Below the pieces are notes generated by a model that was not told the DNA's origin, ran no database searches, and saw only the letters and a list, made by a program, of their open reading frames with translations. Position numbers and translations under genes: made by a program. This document shows, one piece after another, positions 10,001 to 18,262 of a stretch of DNA of 64,000 nt. The number at the start of each line of letters is the position of its first letter. The stretch's first letter is position 1. The DNA comes from Candidatus Poribacteria bacterium (lineage in GTDB: Bacteria; Poribacteria; WGA-4E; JAJDTR01), in contig OZ240209.1 in the NCBI GenBank assembly GCA_965197465.1, forward strand, positions 3,965,174 through 4,029,173, written 5' to 3'.

Positions 10001-10844
10001 CAGTGAGTGCCGCGATGAAAAGCGGACTGAAAGGTAGGCAAAGTACCTGTGGTAACAGTGTAAGCCGAAGTAGCAGTGAGTGCCGCGATGAAAAGCGGAC
10101 TGAAAGCACGCCCATTCCTTGCTTGAAGCGCACTTGTCTTGGGTAGCAGTGAGTGCCGCGATGAAAAGCGGACTGAAAGAGTTATGACGCCGCTTGAAAC
10201 GGACACTGGCATGGTGTAGCAGTGAGTGCCGCGATGAAAAGCGGACTGAAAGTTTGTTACAAACTTACTAGACGATTTATGATGGTCTATGTAGCAGTGA
10301 GTGCCGCGATGAAAAGCGGACTGAAAGACAATCGCACGAAGTAACACGGCTTTAGTTTGTCGTAGCAGTGAGTGCCGCGATGAAAAGCGGACTGAAAGGT
10401 TTTCTTGTAATGAGAATTGGGGTAGATTTCAGAGTAGCAGTGAGTGCCGCGATGAAAAGCGGACTGAAAGATGTGGCACGAGTTTATATTCATGCAGACC
10501 GGACGGATGGTAGCAGTGAGTGCCGCGATGAAAAGCGGACTGAAAGATGTGGCACGAGTTTATATTCATGCAGACCGGACGGATGGTAGCAGTGAGTGCC
10601 GCGATGAAAAGCGGACTGAAAGTCTATGTACAAAATCTGGGCACGAGTGCATAACCAGTAGCAGTGAGTGCCGCGATGAAAAGCGGACTGAAAGATGTGG
10701 CACGAGTTTATATTCATGCAGACCGGACGGATGGTAGCAGTGAGTGCCGCGATGAAAAGCGGACTGAAAGGATAAGCGGCAAAACGGTGAACATCAATGA
10801 GGGCAGGGTAGCAACCATTGCCCCGATGAAAAGGATCAAGGGAG
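7012..10844 (+). CRISPR. CRISPR array of 52 identical 37-nt repeats plus one degenerate terminal repeat at 10808-10844. Spacers are 34-41 nt.
   Basis: All repeat starts were enumerated by hand, from the first at 7012 to the last at 10734. The repeat contains a CCGC/GCGG stem with GATGAAAA loop and an ACTGAAAG 3' handle, like Cas6-processed I-D/III-type repeats. Spacers at 10471-10509, 10547-10585 and 10695-10733 are identical. Confidence 0.97.
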
Positions 10845-10959
10845 CGGATAGCGACTGCGATAGCTAGTACAGCGGCGTTGTTTAGGGGCTTGGCATGTAA
10901 CGCTCATACCACTGGCCAAAAGCATCAAGCGAAACGGCAGTCGCCAGCTGGAGGACTCT

Positions 10960-11024
10960 CTATGGGAACTCTATCGCACTCCCTATCCGTTCGTTTGATC
11001 CCCGATGAAAAGGGGACTGAAATC
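10960..11024 (+). repeat. Orphan degenerate CRISPR repeat CCCGATGAAAAGGGGACTGAAATC fused to an inverted GATCAA/GCGATAG-type module
   Basis: 11001-11024 matches the 3' two-thirds of the array repeat with a few substitutions. It is preceded by CTATCGCACTCCCTATCCGTTCGTTTGATC. Confidence 0.6.
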
Positions 11025-11215
11025 TCAAACACAGTTGGGCATCGATAAGCGCGGTGGGTATGTTACCGCCTATAAAAAGGACGCAACACTCGGTGTTTTC
11101 ATGTATATTGATGAACATGGCGGGGATATCGGCGCCTTTGCCAATGACCAAGAACGTGTGAAATAACGACTGACTGTCACACTTGTGACAGTCAGACTAC
11201 CCATAAGGAGATTGC

Positions 11216-14020
11216 ATGCGAACAATACGAATACTACTCACCATATTCCTTCTTGCCCCCCTCCCCGTCTTCGCCGCTATCACAGTCGTCGACGACCAGT
11301 TGCACGTCGACACGGCAGCCTACACCGTTCTATTCGACCGCGGCACCATCACTCAACTCCATAACAAGCGCACCGGCGAAACCCACACTCTCGCCCCCGG
11401 CGCCAACCCGAATCCGGGGTTTAGTAAGCAGACTGCCATCGTAGGCCGGGGTAATATCAAAGATTGGTCGCCCCGTTGGGATGCCGACATACAGATAAAC
11501 AAAATTACTGACCACCACGCTGACATTGTATTTCGAAAGGGCGGGAACGCGATAACACTGTCAATCGGCATCGACCCCGCCAACAACGACCTGCTTATCG
11601 GAGGACAGGCTGTATCCGCGATACCCGGCGTTATTGGTATCCAATGGTCTGTCGAAAACCTTGATCTCCATAACCTTAGCCTCATCATCCCATCTCAAGG
11701 GATACAACAAATCGACGCCTCCTCCGCTATCGAACACCGCAACTTTCCATATCCCGACACATTCCGCTGGGAAGCGCAGCTTGCTATTATAGAATCCCAA
11801 CTCGGCGGGTTCTACGTCCGAGGCACCGATACAACCTTCCGATTCAAAGAACTAAATTATCAGCGCGACGATACCAGTTTCGGGCTCGTGTTCAAAACCA
11901 TAAATCAAGCGCCGTGGGATAGCCTCACATCAGCCAAGTCCGTCACCTGGCGCCTCAATACCTACGTTGGAGAGTGGTGCGTTCCCGCTCAAATACACCG
12001 CGACTGGATGGAACAGGCGTTTAACCCCTGGCGTCTTAGCGACGTACCGGCGTGGGTCAGTGATATCGGCTTGGTCGTTTTCCTCACGAAACTGGATACG
12101 GAACAGCTGAACGCGGTGGAAGCCTTGGCACAGCACGTTGAACCGACGCAAACGCTTTTCTATCTGACAGATTGGCGCAAATACGAGAACGATATCATGC
12201 ACCCGGATTTTACCGCCATTCACCATAATTTTGAAACGTTTCTCGAGGTCGCTCGGCGGTACGGATACCGGATTATGCTGCACGTTAACCTTCATAACTG
12301 CTCGCCGACCCATCCGCTCTATGCGGAATTCAAGCAATACCAAATACGACATCCCAACGGCGAACTGTCCGGCTGGAGATGGGACGATATTGATCATCCG
12401 GACCGGAATGCGCACATCAGTCTCGGCAGTTCGCGTTGGCGCAACCTGCTTATCCGACAATTCAAGGCGCTAAGGGACAAATACGCCATAGACGCCTTTC
12501 ATCTTGATGTGAGCCACTACATCGTCAACGACGGCAACGGTTTGGTCGAAGGTCTTACCAGCGCCGAAGCGAGCGTGCTGATGCACCGGCAGTTGATGGA
12601 AGCCATGCCGGGCGTGGTGCTTGCCGGTGAACACCTCCACGAAGTCACGTTTTTCCGCGAAAGTATCGCACAACGCAATTTATCGGAGCATGCCACACAC
12701 CCGCTCAGCGCCTTCCTCTTTGCCCCGTACACCCGGTTTATGGGGCATCTTGGATTTCCGCGTGAACACAATCCCCAGCGCCTCCGATACGCGATCCAAT
12801 TTTACGAACGTCAAGGTACTCTACCGACCGCGCGAATATCGAACGAAAGCCTATTACACCAACCGATCACCCGGGACATACTCGCTGTTGCACGCCAGTG
12901 GCAAGCGTTGAAGTTGACGCCTGATATCCACTGCCATTGGTGCGAAAATACCCTATTCCAATATACCACGGACAACGGCGAGAGTGTGACCTACCAAAAG
13001 GTCGACGGCGTATATTCACTCAATATACCCGACGGTAACGGATACCGGCGAGTGCATGGCGTCACCCAAGCCGCTACCCGGTGGAGCCTCCCCGAATGGC
13101 GCGCGTACAATGAAGAGATGCTTCTCGGTCTGGATCCGAACAAATACTATTCGCTCCGCAATGCGCCGCGCGATGTCTCCCAATTACACATTAACGCGCT
13201 TTCCCCGGGTGTTTACGTGGCAGAGACCCGCGTAACACCGCAAGCCGCCGTCTTTCGACTCGAGTCGACCTCCGGGGTTAGAGACACCTCTGTAGATATG
13301 TTCCTTCCAATGCCGCCGCTTGCAAGTGTTCCAAAGACACTTGTCTCCGTAGCCGGCAATCACTACCGTATCGACACAAATCTATCCCGACCTATCGTAA
13401 TCATACTCGCCGCGCCGCGCATTCGCCTGCCCTATAATTTAAGAGACTATCCGTTTATCGCCGGATTGCAACAGAGCGGTATCTTCCGAGTCGGAAGCCA
13501 CCACGGATCCGGCGAACGTATGACAGCGACCCTTGATGGTATCCATAAAGAGACCATCTTTGCCCACCCGCCTAAAACTGACAAAACAATTCTCCAATTC
13601 GTGTTTACGCTGCCCGAATCGCCGTCAACCCTTTCATACTCGATGGGGTTAGCCGGAGAACACAGCAAGGGCGTTCTGTTTGAAATCCGCCTTAACGGCC
13701 AGACGCACGTTAACTTCTTGAAGGATACCTTCGACTGGACGGACGGCAGTATCTCGCTTGACGAATTTGCGGGCGAACCCGTACTATTGGAATTTGTGAC
13801 AGACCCTGGGGACAGCTCGGACTACGATTGGGCGCATTGGGGGGATTTGATCATTACCGCTGACACGAATCCAGCCGATGTAAACGGGGACGGCATTGTC
13901 AACATCCTCGATTTGACGCTTGTGGCTCAAGCGTTCGGAATGAGTAGTGCGGCGGCTGACGTGAACGGTGACGGCGTCGTGAACGTTTTCGATTTGGTTT
14001 TTGTGGCGAACGCTTTTTAG
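11216..14020 (+). CDS. Secreted 934-aa putative glycoside-hydrolase-like protein with a C-terminal type-I dockerin
   Basis: Signal peptide ILLTIFLLAPLPVFAA. The C-terminus has two dockerin repeats DVNGDGIVNILDLTLVAQAFG / DVNGDGVVNVFDLVFVANAF. AAGGAGA RBS. Confidence 0.7.
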   Translation: MRTIRILLTIFLLAPLPVFAAITVVDDQLHVDTAAYTVLFDRGTITQLHNKRTGETHTLAPGANPNPGFSKQTAIVGRGNIKDWSPRWDADIQINKITDHHADIVFRKGGNAITLSIGIDPANNDLLIGGQAVSAIPGVIGIQWSVENLDLHNLSLIIPSQGIQQIDASSAIEHRNFPYPDTFRWEAQLAIIESQLGGFYVRGTDTTFRFKELNYQRDDTSFGLVFKTINQAPWDSLTSAKSVTWRLNTYVGEWCVPAQIHRDWMEQAFNPWRLSDVPAWVSDIGLVVFLTKLDTEQLNAVEALAQHVEPTQTLFYLTDWRKYENDIMHPDFTAIHHNFETFLEVARRYGYRIMLHVNLHNCSPTHPLYAEFKQYQIRHPNGELSGWRWDDIDHPDRNAHISLGSSRWRNLLIRQFKALRDKYAIDAFHLDVSHYIVNDGNGLVEGLTSAEASVLMHRQLMEAMPGVVLAGEHLHEVTFFRESIAQRNLSEHATHPLSAFLFAPYTRFMGHLGFPREHNPQRLRYAIQFYERQGTLPTARISNESLLHQPITRDILAVARQWQALKLTPDIHCHWCENTLFQYTTDNGESVTYQKVDGVYSLNIPDGNGYRRVHGVTQAATRWSLPEWRAYNEEMLLGLDPNKYYSLRNAPRDVSQLHINALSPGVYVAETRVTPQAAVFRLESTSGVRDTSVDMFLPMPPLASVPKTLVSVAGNHYRIDTNLSRPIVIILAAPRIRLPYNLRDYPFIAGLQQSGIFRVGSHHGSGERMTATLDGIHKETIFAHPPKTDKTILQFVFTLPESPSTLSYSMGLAGEHSKGVLFEIRLNGQTHVNFLKDTFDWTDGSISLDEFAGEPVLLEFVTDPGDSSDYDWAHWGDLIITADTNPADVNGDGIVNILDLTLVAQAFGMSSAAADVNGDGVVNVFDLVFVANAF

Positions 14021-14078
14021 CTTTCCGTTTGGCTATGTCTAGCGGGCCTTCGTGTATGAAGAACATGATGATAACAAA

Positions 14079-14166
14079 GTAGCAACCGACGCCGCGATGA
14101 AAAGCGATCAACTGAGATCAAATGAGCGAATAACGATCAGGCGAATGAAAAATGAGCGCGATAGCA
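14079..14166 (+). repeat. Orphan degenerate CRISPR repeat GTAGCAACCGACGCCGCGATGAAAAGCG followed by GATCAA/GCGATAG modules
   Basis: It shares GTAGCAACC with the array's terminal degenerate repeat (10808) and GCCGCGATGAAAAGCG with the consensus repeat. Confidence 0.6.
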
Positions 14167-14223
14167 TGCCTTCCGCCAATAAAACAGGAACCGAATCCTA
14201 TGCAAAATTTGCGGTAATTTTGA

Positions 14224-14252
14224 TTGACAACTTCACGCATGTATAGTATGAT
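14224..14252 (+). promoter_or_regulatory. Sigma70-like promoter TTGACA-N17-TATGAT with no annotated gene downstream
   Basis: -35 at 14224-14229 and -10 at 14247-14252. The next credible gene (gdhA) is 1.3 kb away. The only ORFs in between look non-coding. Confidence 0.3.
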
Positions 14253-14825
14253 AATGCCGATGCCGCGAAGCCGATTGGTAACAGCCGCGCACTTGTTCCT
14301 TCTCGCATTCAACCGCCGAGAGGGAAATCCCATGTTACGTGTACATTGCGTTCACCCGCGAAACCTCTAAATCTCTGCTGCCAATGGCTTCCACGGTTAC
14401 TGGAGAAGTCAATACGCCTTCAGAGCGTTGCGCTGGGACCCCAATCCGGTCACCCTTGCATGCAGTTATTTGGCGTGTAAATAGGAAAAAAACACGGAGT
14501 AAAATGCCGAATCAGTTTCTAATTCGTCTGCCCTGTTTAACTGTTCTTGCGCCTTTTCGGCGCCGGTTTTGTCTGCAAATGAGTGAATCTCGGCGGCGTC
14601 TGGTCGGTGCGCCCGCCGCGTTTTTGGCAGTAGTTTCAGCGTTGCGGAGAAGGGGGTCAGCGTTATATTCGCAGAAAATCGCAGTGTTTCGCTCGCTCAA
14701 TCACGAGCCGAAATCATGCACGGAGCCAAGCTGTGACACGCTTCCACGCTATTTTTGACTCGCAGCGCATTGACTGCGATTCGAATTCACCAGACCGCTG
14801 TAGGATCAAGCGGCCGTTCTAAGAA

Positions 14826-15114
14826 ATTAAGTAACTGTTTAGTTCAATTTATGAAGGTGCTAAAAGGGCGTCCCATCAGGACAATTGCACATAATTCTAA
14901 AGATGTAGAGATTTTCTCTGCGATTACCAGATTACCAATTTTCCCTCTTCTCTTTGCACGATTATCAAAAGCCCCAGCGGGGCGGCAGGTGTATAGAAAC
15001 GTGAATTCACTACACAGCAAAGCCCCAGAGGGGCGACAGGTGCATATAACTTCACATGACCGAAAGTGCCTTTCCCTCCTATTATTCAAACAGGCTCTAA
15101 ACAGTTACGAAATT
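14826..15114. mobile_element. 289-bp MITE-like element bounded by 18-bp imperfect terminal inverted repeats AATTAAGTAACTGTTTAG / CTAAACAGTTACGAAATT
   Basis: 16 of 18 bases match between the TIRs. The interior holds two copies, 51 bp apart, of AAAGCCCCAG(C/A)GGGGCG(G/A)CAGGTG(T/C)ATA, each a GCCCC-loop-GGGGC hairpin. No clear target-site duplication. Confidence 0.3.
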
Positions 15115-15581
15115 AACAATAATCAACTGACTGGAAAAGGAAGGAGCAACTGACCAATCAATCAAGTGAACAGCGAGCAGGATAAACTATCGCCTTGGGA
15201 TTTCTATCGCACTCACTATCCGCTCATTTGATCGATAGAGATTCTATGGAGTTCATTACGCGTCGGAAATTCGAATTTCTCTTACATGCGGTACACGCTA
15301 ACTTATCCCGAATCCTGGCATTCGCCTCTACCAACACCGAGGCAGCGAACACACCACGGTGAGCCCCACATATGATGCGCGAAGAAAAGCGAACTTTTTC
15401 GGAACTCGCCGATACATGCTTGAGGGCGCGTCAATACACGCTTCGACCTCAATTTTCGGCTTTACAAGCAAACTCCGCTCATTTGATCGACAGAGAATCG
15501 AGGGCGAATGAGTTCCTACAGTAGTCCAACTGCGATATACATCTTGTACCACTCCAATCAGCGATGTAAGGGAGAATCGAT

Positions 15582-16997
15582 ATGGCGCCGATGGTTCCGT
15601 TTTTTCAACAGGTCAACCTTAACTTCGATGCAGCCGCTCGGTTCACCGATCACCCGCGCGGGCTGCTTGAACAGATCAAAATGTGCAATACGGTCTGTCA
15701 CATGACATTCCCTGTCAAGAGAGCTGATGGGGCTATTGAAGTCATTCACGCGTGGCGTGCGGAACACAGTCATCACAAACTGCCGACAAAAGGGGGAATC
15801 CGTTACAGTACATTGGTCAATGAGGACGAAGTGACGGCGCTCGCCGCCCTGATGACATACAAATGCGCCATCGTCGATGTGCCGTTCGGCGGGGCGAAAG
15901 GTGGCGTCCAGGTCGACATCAGGAAGTATTCCACCGACGAATTGGAACGCATCACTCGACGCTACACGTATGAATTGGTGCAGAAGAGTTTCATTGGTCC
16001 GGGGATAGATGTTCCCGCCCCCGACTACGGTACCGGGGAACGTGAAATGGCATGGATTGCCGGCACCTATACCTCATTGAATCCGGGCAAGTTGGACGCC
16101 TTAGCGTGTGTGACCGGAAAACCGCTTGAGCAGAGCGGGATTCGCGGACGGAGAGCGGCAACCGGCAGAGGCGTGTATTTCGGCATCCGCGAAGCGTGCA
16201 GTTTCTCGGAAGATATGAAAACGCTTGGGCTTACGCCGGGTCTGCAGGGAAAACGGGTGGCGGTTCAAGGATTTGGCGACGTCGGGTACCACGCCGCCAA
16301 ATTCTTGAGTGAAGGCGGGGCGGTGATTGTGGGATTGGCAGACATTGGCGGCGCAATCTACAATCCGAAAGGGTTGGATGTCGAGGAGGTTTTTCAGCAT
16401 CGAGGCGAAAATGGTGCCCTTCTCAATCTTCCGGGCGCGACCAATCTCCCAAACCCCGCCCATGTCCTCGAACTGGAATGTGACATCCTCGTACCGGCGG
16501 CGCTTGAAAATCAAATCACCCGCGAGAACGCCTCCCGAATCAAAGCCAAGATTATTGCGGAAGCCGCAAATGGCCCAACGACCCCCCAAGCTGACGACAT
16601 CCTCAAGGCAAAAGGGGTGATGGTTATTCCCGATGTGTATCTGAATGCCGGCGGCGTTACGCTCTCCTATTTTGAATGGTTAAAGAACCTCTCGCATGTG
16701 CGATTCGGCCGGCTGGAAAGTCGATTTGAGGAAAATACGCACAGAAATCTTTTGGAGGCAATGGAAAGCGTGTCGGGGGTGCGGTTCTCAGAATCAGAAC
16801 AGGAACGATTGGCGCATGGCGCCACTGAGGAAGATTTGGTGGATGCGGCGCTTGAGGAAACCATGGTGACCGCATACCACGAAATTAGAACGGAATCAAA
16901 AGCGCTCGGACAAAAAGCCCGATTAAGAACCGCAGCGTTCGTCATCGCTATCAATAAGGTGGCTCGGTCTTATATGCAATCCGGAATCTTCCCGTAA
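15582..16997 (+). CDS. gdhA: Glutamate dehydrogenase (Glu/Leu/Phe/Val dehydrogenase family)
   Basis: KGGIRYSTLVNEDEVTALAALMTYKCAIVDVPFGGAKGG and a Rossmann GFGDVG motif. AAGGGAGA RBS. Confidence 0.85.
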   Translation: MAPMVPFFQQVNLNFDAAARFTDHPRGLLEQIKMCNTVCHMTFPVKRADGAIEVIHAWRAEHSHHKLPTKGGIRYSTLVNEDEVTALAALMTYKCAIVDVPFGGAKGGVQVDIRKYSTDELERITRRYTYELVQKSFIGPGIDVPAPDYGTGEREMAWIAGTYTSLNPGKLDALACVTGKPLEQSGIRGRRAATGRGVYFGIREACSFSEDMKTLGLTPGLQGKRVAVQGFGDVGYHAAKFLSEGGAVIVGLADIGGAIYNPKGLDVEEVFQHRGENGALLNLPGATNLPNPAHVLELECDILVPAALENQITRENASRIKAKIIAEAANGPTTPQADDILKAKGVMVIPDVYLNAGGVTLSYFEWLKNLSHVRFGRLESRFEENTHRNLLEAMESVSGVRFSESEQERLAHGATEEDLVDAALEETMVTAYHEIRTESKALGQKARLRTAAFVIAINKVARSYMQSGIFP

Positions 16998-17063
16998 GAA
17001 GGTCGCCCCGATTTCATCGTAGTAGCTTCTCTATTCGGTTTTCACAAGGAAAGGTTTATCGCT

Positions 17064-17798
17064 GTGCGAGATTATGGTGATTTTGTCCGAAGATTACAGG
17101 GGTTGAGTTTGCCCAATTTACAGCAAGATACGCTTGGCGAGGTCGATGGCTACACTATCTATCGTCTGCAGTTCGGGGCCGCCTCTCGTGTGAAGCGGCA
17201 GGTCTTGATAACCGCCGGCCTCCATGGAGATGAGCCGGCCGGGCCCGAAGCGGTTCTGCGGTTCTTGCACGAATACGACGCAACACGCTATGACGACTTC
17301 AGATTTCTCGTCCTTCCTTGCATCAATCCGTACGGCTATGTCCACAATACGCGCGAAAACAGGACGGAAATAGACCTCAACCGTGTGTTTGAAGCCGACA
17401 ATCCGCCAGAGGAAGCTCGTCTCGTCAAAACTGCGGTCGAGGGCAAACGATTCGATTTCGCAATAGATTTTCACGAGGATTGGGAAGCCGCCGGATTTTA
17501 CTTCTATGAGGGACGCAAAAGTGAGAACTGGATTGGGCCGGAGATCATCCGGAACGTCGAAAGCGTTGGCCCAATCGACCGGGAGAACGATGAAAACGAC
17601 TTGCCGATTGCCGATGGTGTGTTTAAGGTCGATCCCGGCTGGGGGCGACAAGGGTTTACCCCCTACCTGCTCGCTTTTCACTCCCACCACGTGATGATTT
17701 GCGAGACACCTATGAGTTGGCCCATGCACCAGCGCACCGCGGCTCACCTGAAGGCACTGGAGACGGTGTTGGCTCATTACGATCAACTGAGCGGATAG
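17064..17798 (+). CDS. Succinylglutamate desuccinylase/aspartoacylase (M14-like zinc hydrolase) family protein
   Basis: ITAGLHGDEPAGPEAVLRFL zinc-ligand region typical of the AstE/AspA family. Confidence 0.55.
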   Translation: MRDYGDFVRRLQGLSLPNLQQDTLGEVDGYTIYRLQFGAASRVKRQVLITAGLHGDEPAGPEAVLRFLHEYDATRYDDFRFLVLPCINPYGYVHNTRENRTEIDLNRVFEADNPPEEARLVKTAVEGKRFDFAIDFHEDWEAAGFYFYEGRKSENWIGPEIIRNVESVGPIDRENDENDLPIADGVFKVDPGWGRQGFTPYLLAFHSHHVMICETPMSWPMHQRTAAHLKALETVLAHYDQLSG

Positions 17799-17977
17799 CG
17801 AAGGCGATAGCTAATCCCGATAGAAAATTCTTCTCACTATTCTTTCGCTTGATCGCTCGATCTATTCAGTCGTTTAATCTTTTCCAGAGGTGTTGGGTTT
17901 CACTCAAATGTCCGTACTTTCGGGCGAAATGAAATCTCGACAATCATCTTCTGTGTGTGGTTTTTCCCAGTTTTCCG

Positions 17978-18041
17978 TTCAACCCAACCTACGTGCTTGA
18001 CTGGTTTCTGCGTAGTGCGGGGCAAGATGCCCCGCACTACG
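17978..18041. repeat. Copy of the dispersed 16-mer TTCAACCCAACCTACG followed by a 13-bp-stem hairpin (CGTAGTGCGGGGC-AAGAT-GCCCCGCACTACG)
   Basis: The 16-mer recurs at 32905 (rc), 53835, 57480 (rc) and 58005. The hairpin is seen directly at 18011-18041. Confidence 0.6.
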
Positions 18042-18059
18042 AGAACAGGGAGCAGTTCG

Positions 18060-18117
18060 TGTCCCGATGAAAATGATCAAGGGAGGGAATAGCGACCAGG
18101 AATTTCTATCGGTTGAG
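18060..18117 (+). repeat. Orphan copy of the CRISPR trailer junction: CCCGATGAAAATGATCAAGGGAGGGAATAGCGAC...
   Basis: Near-identical to 10820-10866 at the array end (CCCGATGAAAAGGATCAAGGGAGCGGATAGCGAC). Confidence 0.6.
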
Positions 18118-18262
18118 ATTACAAATCGCTGGACACGATCACGGATTTATAATAAAATACAATCCCCGCTTTGCCTCATGATTTATGCGGGCAAGGACGG
18201 GCGGGAAAAATCTGCCGTTGTAATTTTAGCATTCATTGATATATCAATTGTTGAGGAGAAAT

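Noticed and set aside
7012-10770. Dozens of ORF-track entries on both strands inside the array, with peptides such as MSAAMKSGLK, FSPLFIAALTAT and FQSAFHRGTHCY.
   Set aside because: They are translations of the 37-nt CRISPR repeat in different frames, linked by spacer read-through. They are not genes.
10960-11151. 63-aa minus-strand ORF next to the orphan repeat (a CreT-like toxin idea).
   Set aside because: It has Cys/Gly-rich low-complexity sequence and overlaps the degenerate repeat itself. There is no evidence beyond position.
14339-15153. ORFs 14339..14758 and 14755..15153 (139 and 132 aa).
   Set aside because: They have Arg/Ser-rich low-complexity composition. They span the TIR element and the hairpin repeats. 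They lack RBSs, and the second carries the duplicated AAAGCCCCAG...GGGGCG repeat in frame.
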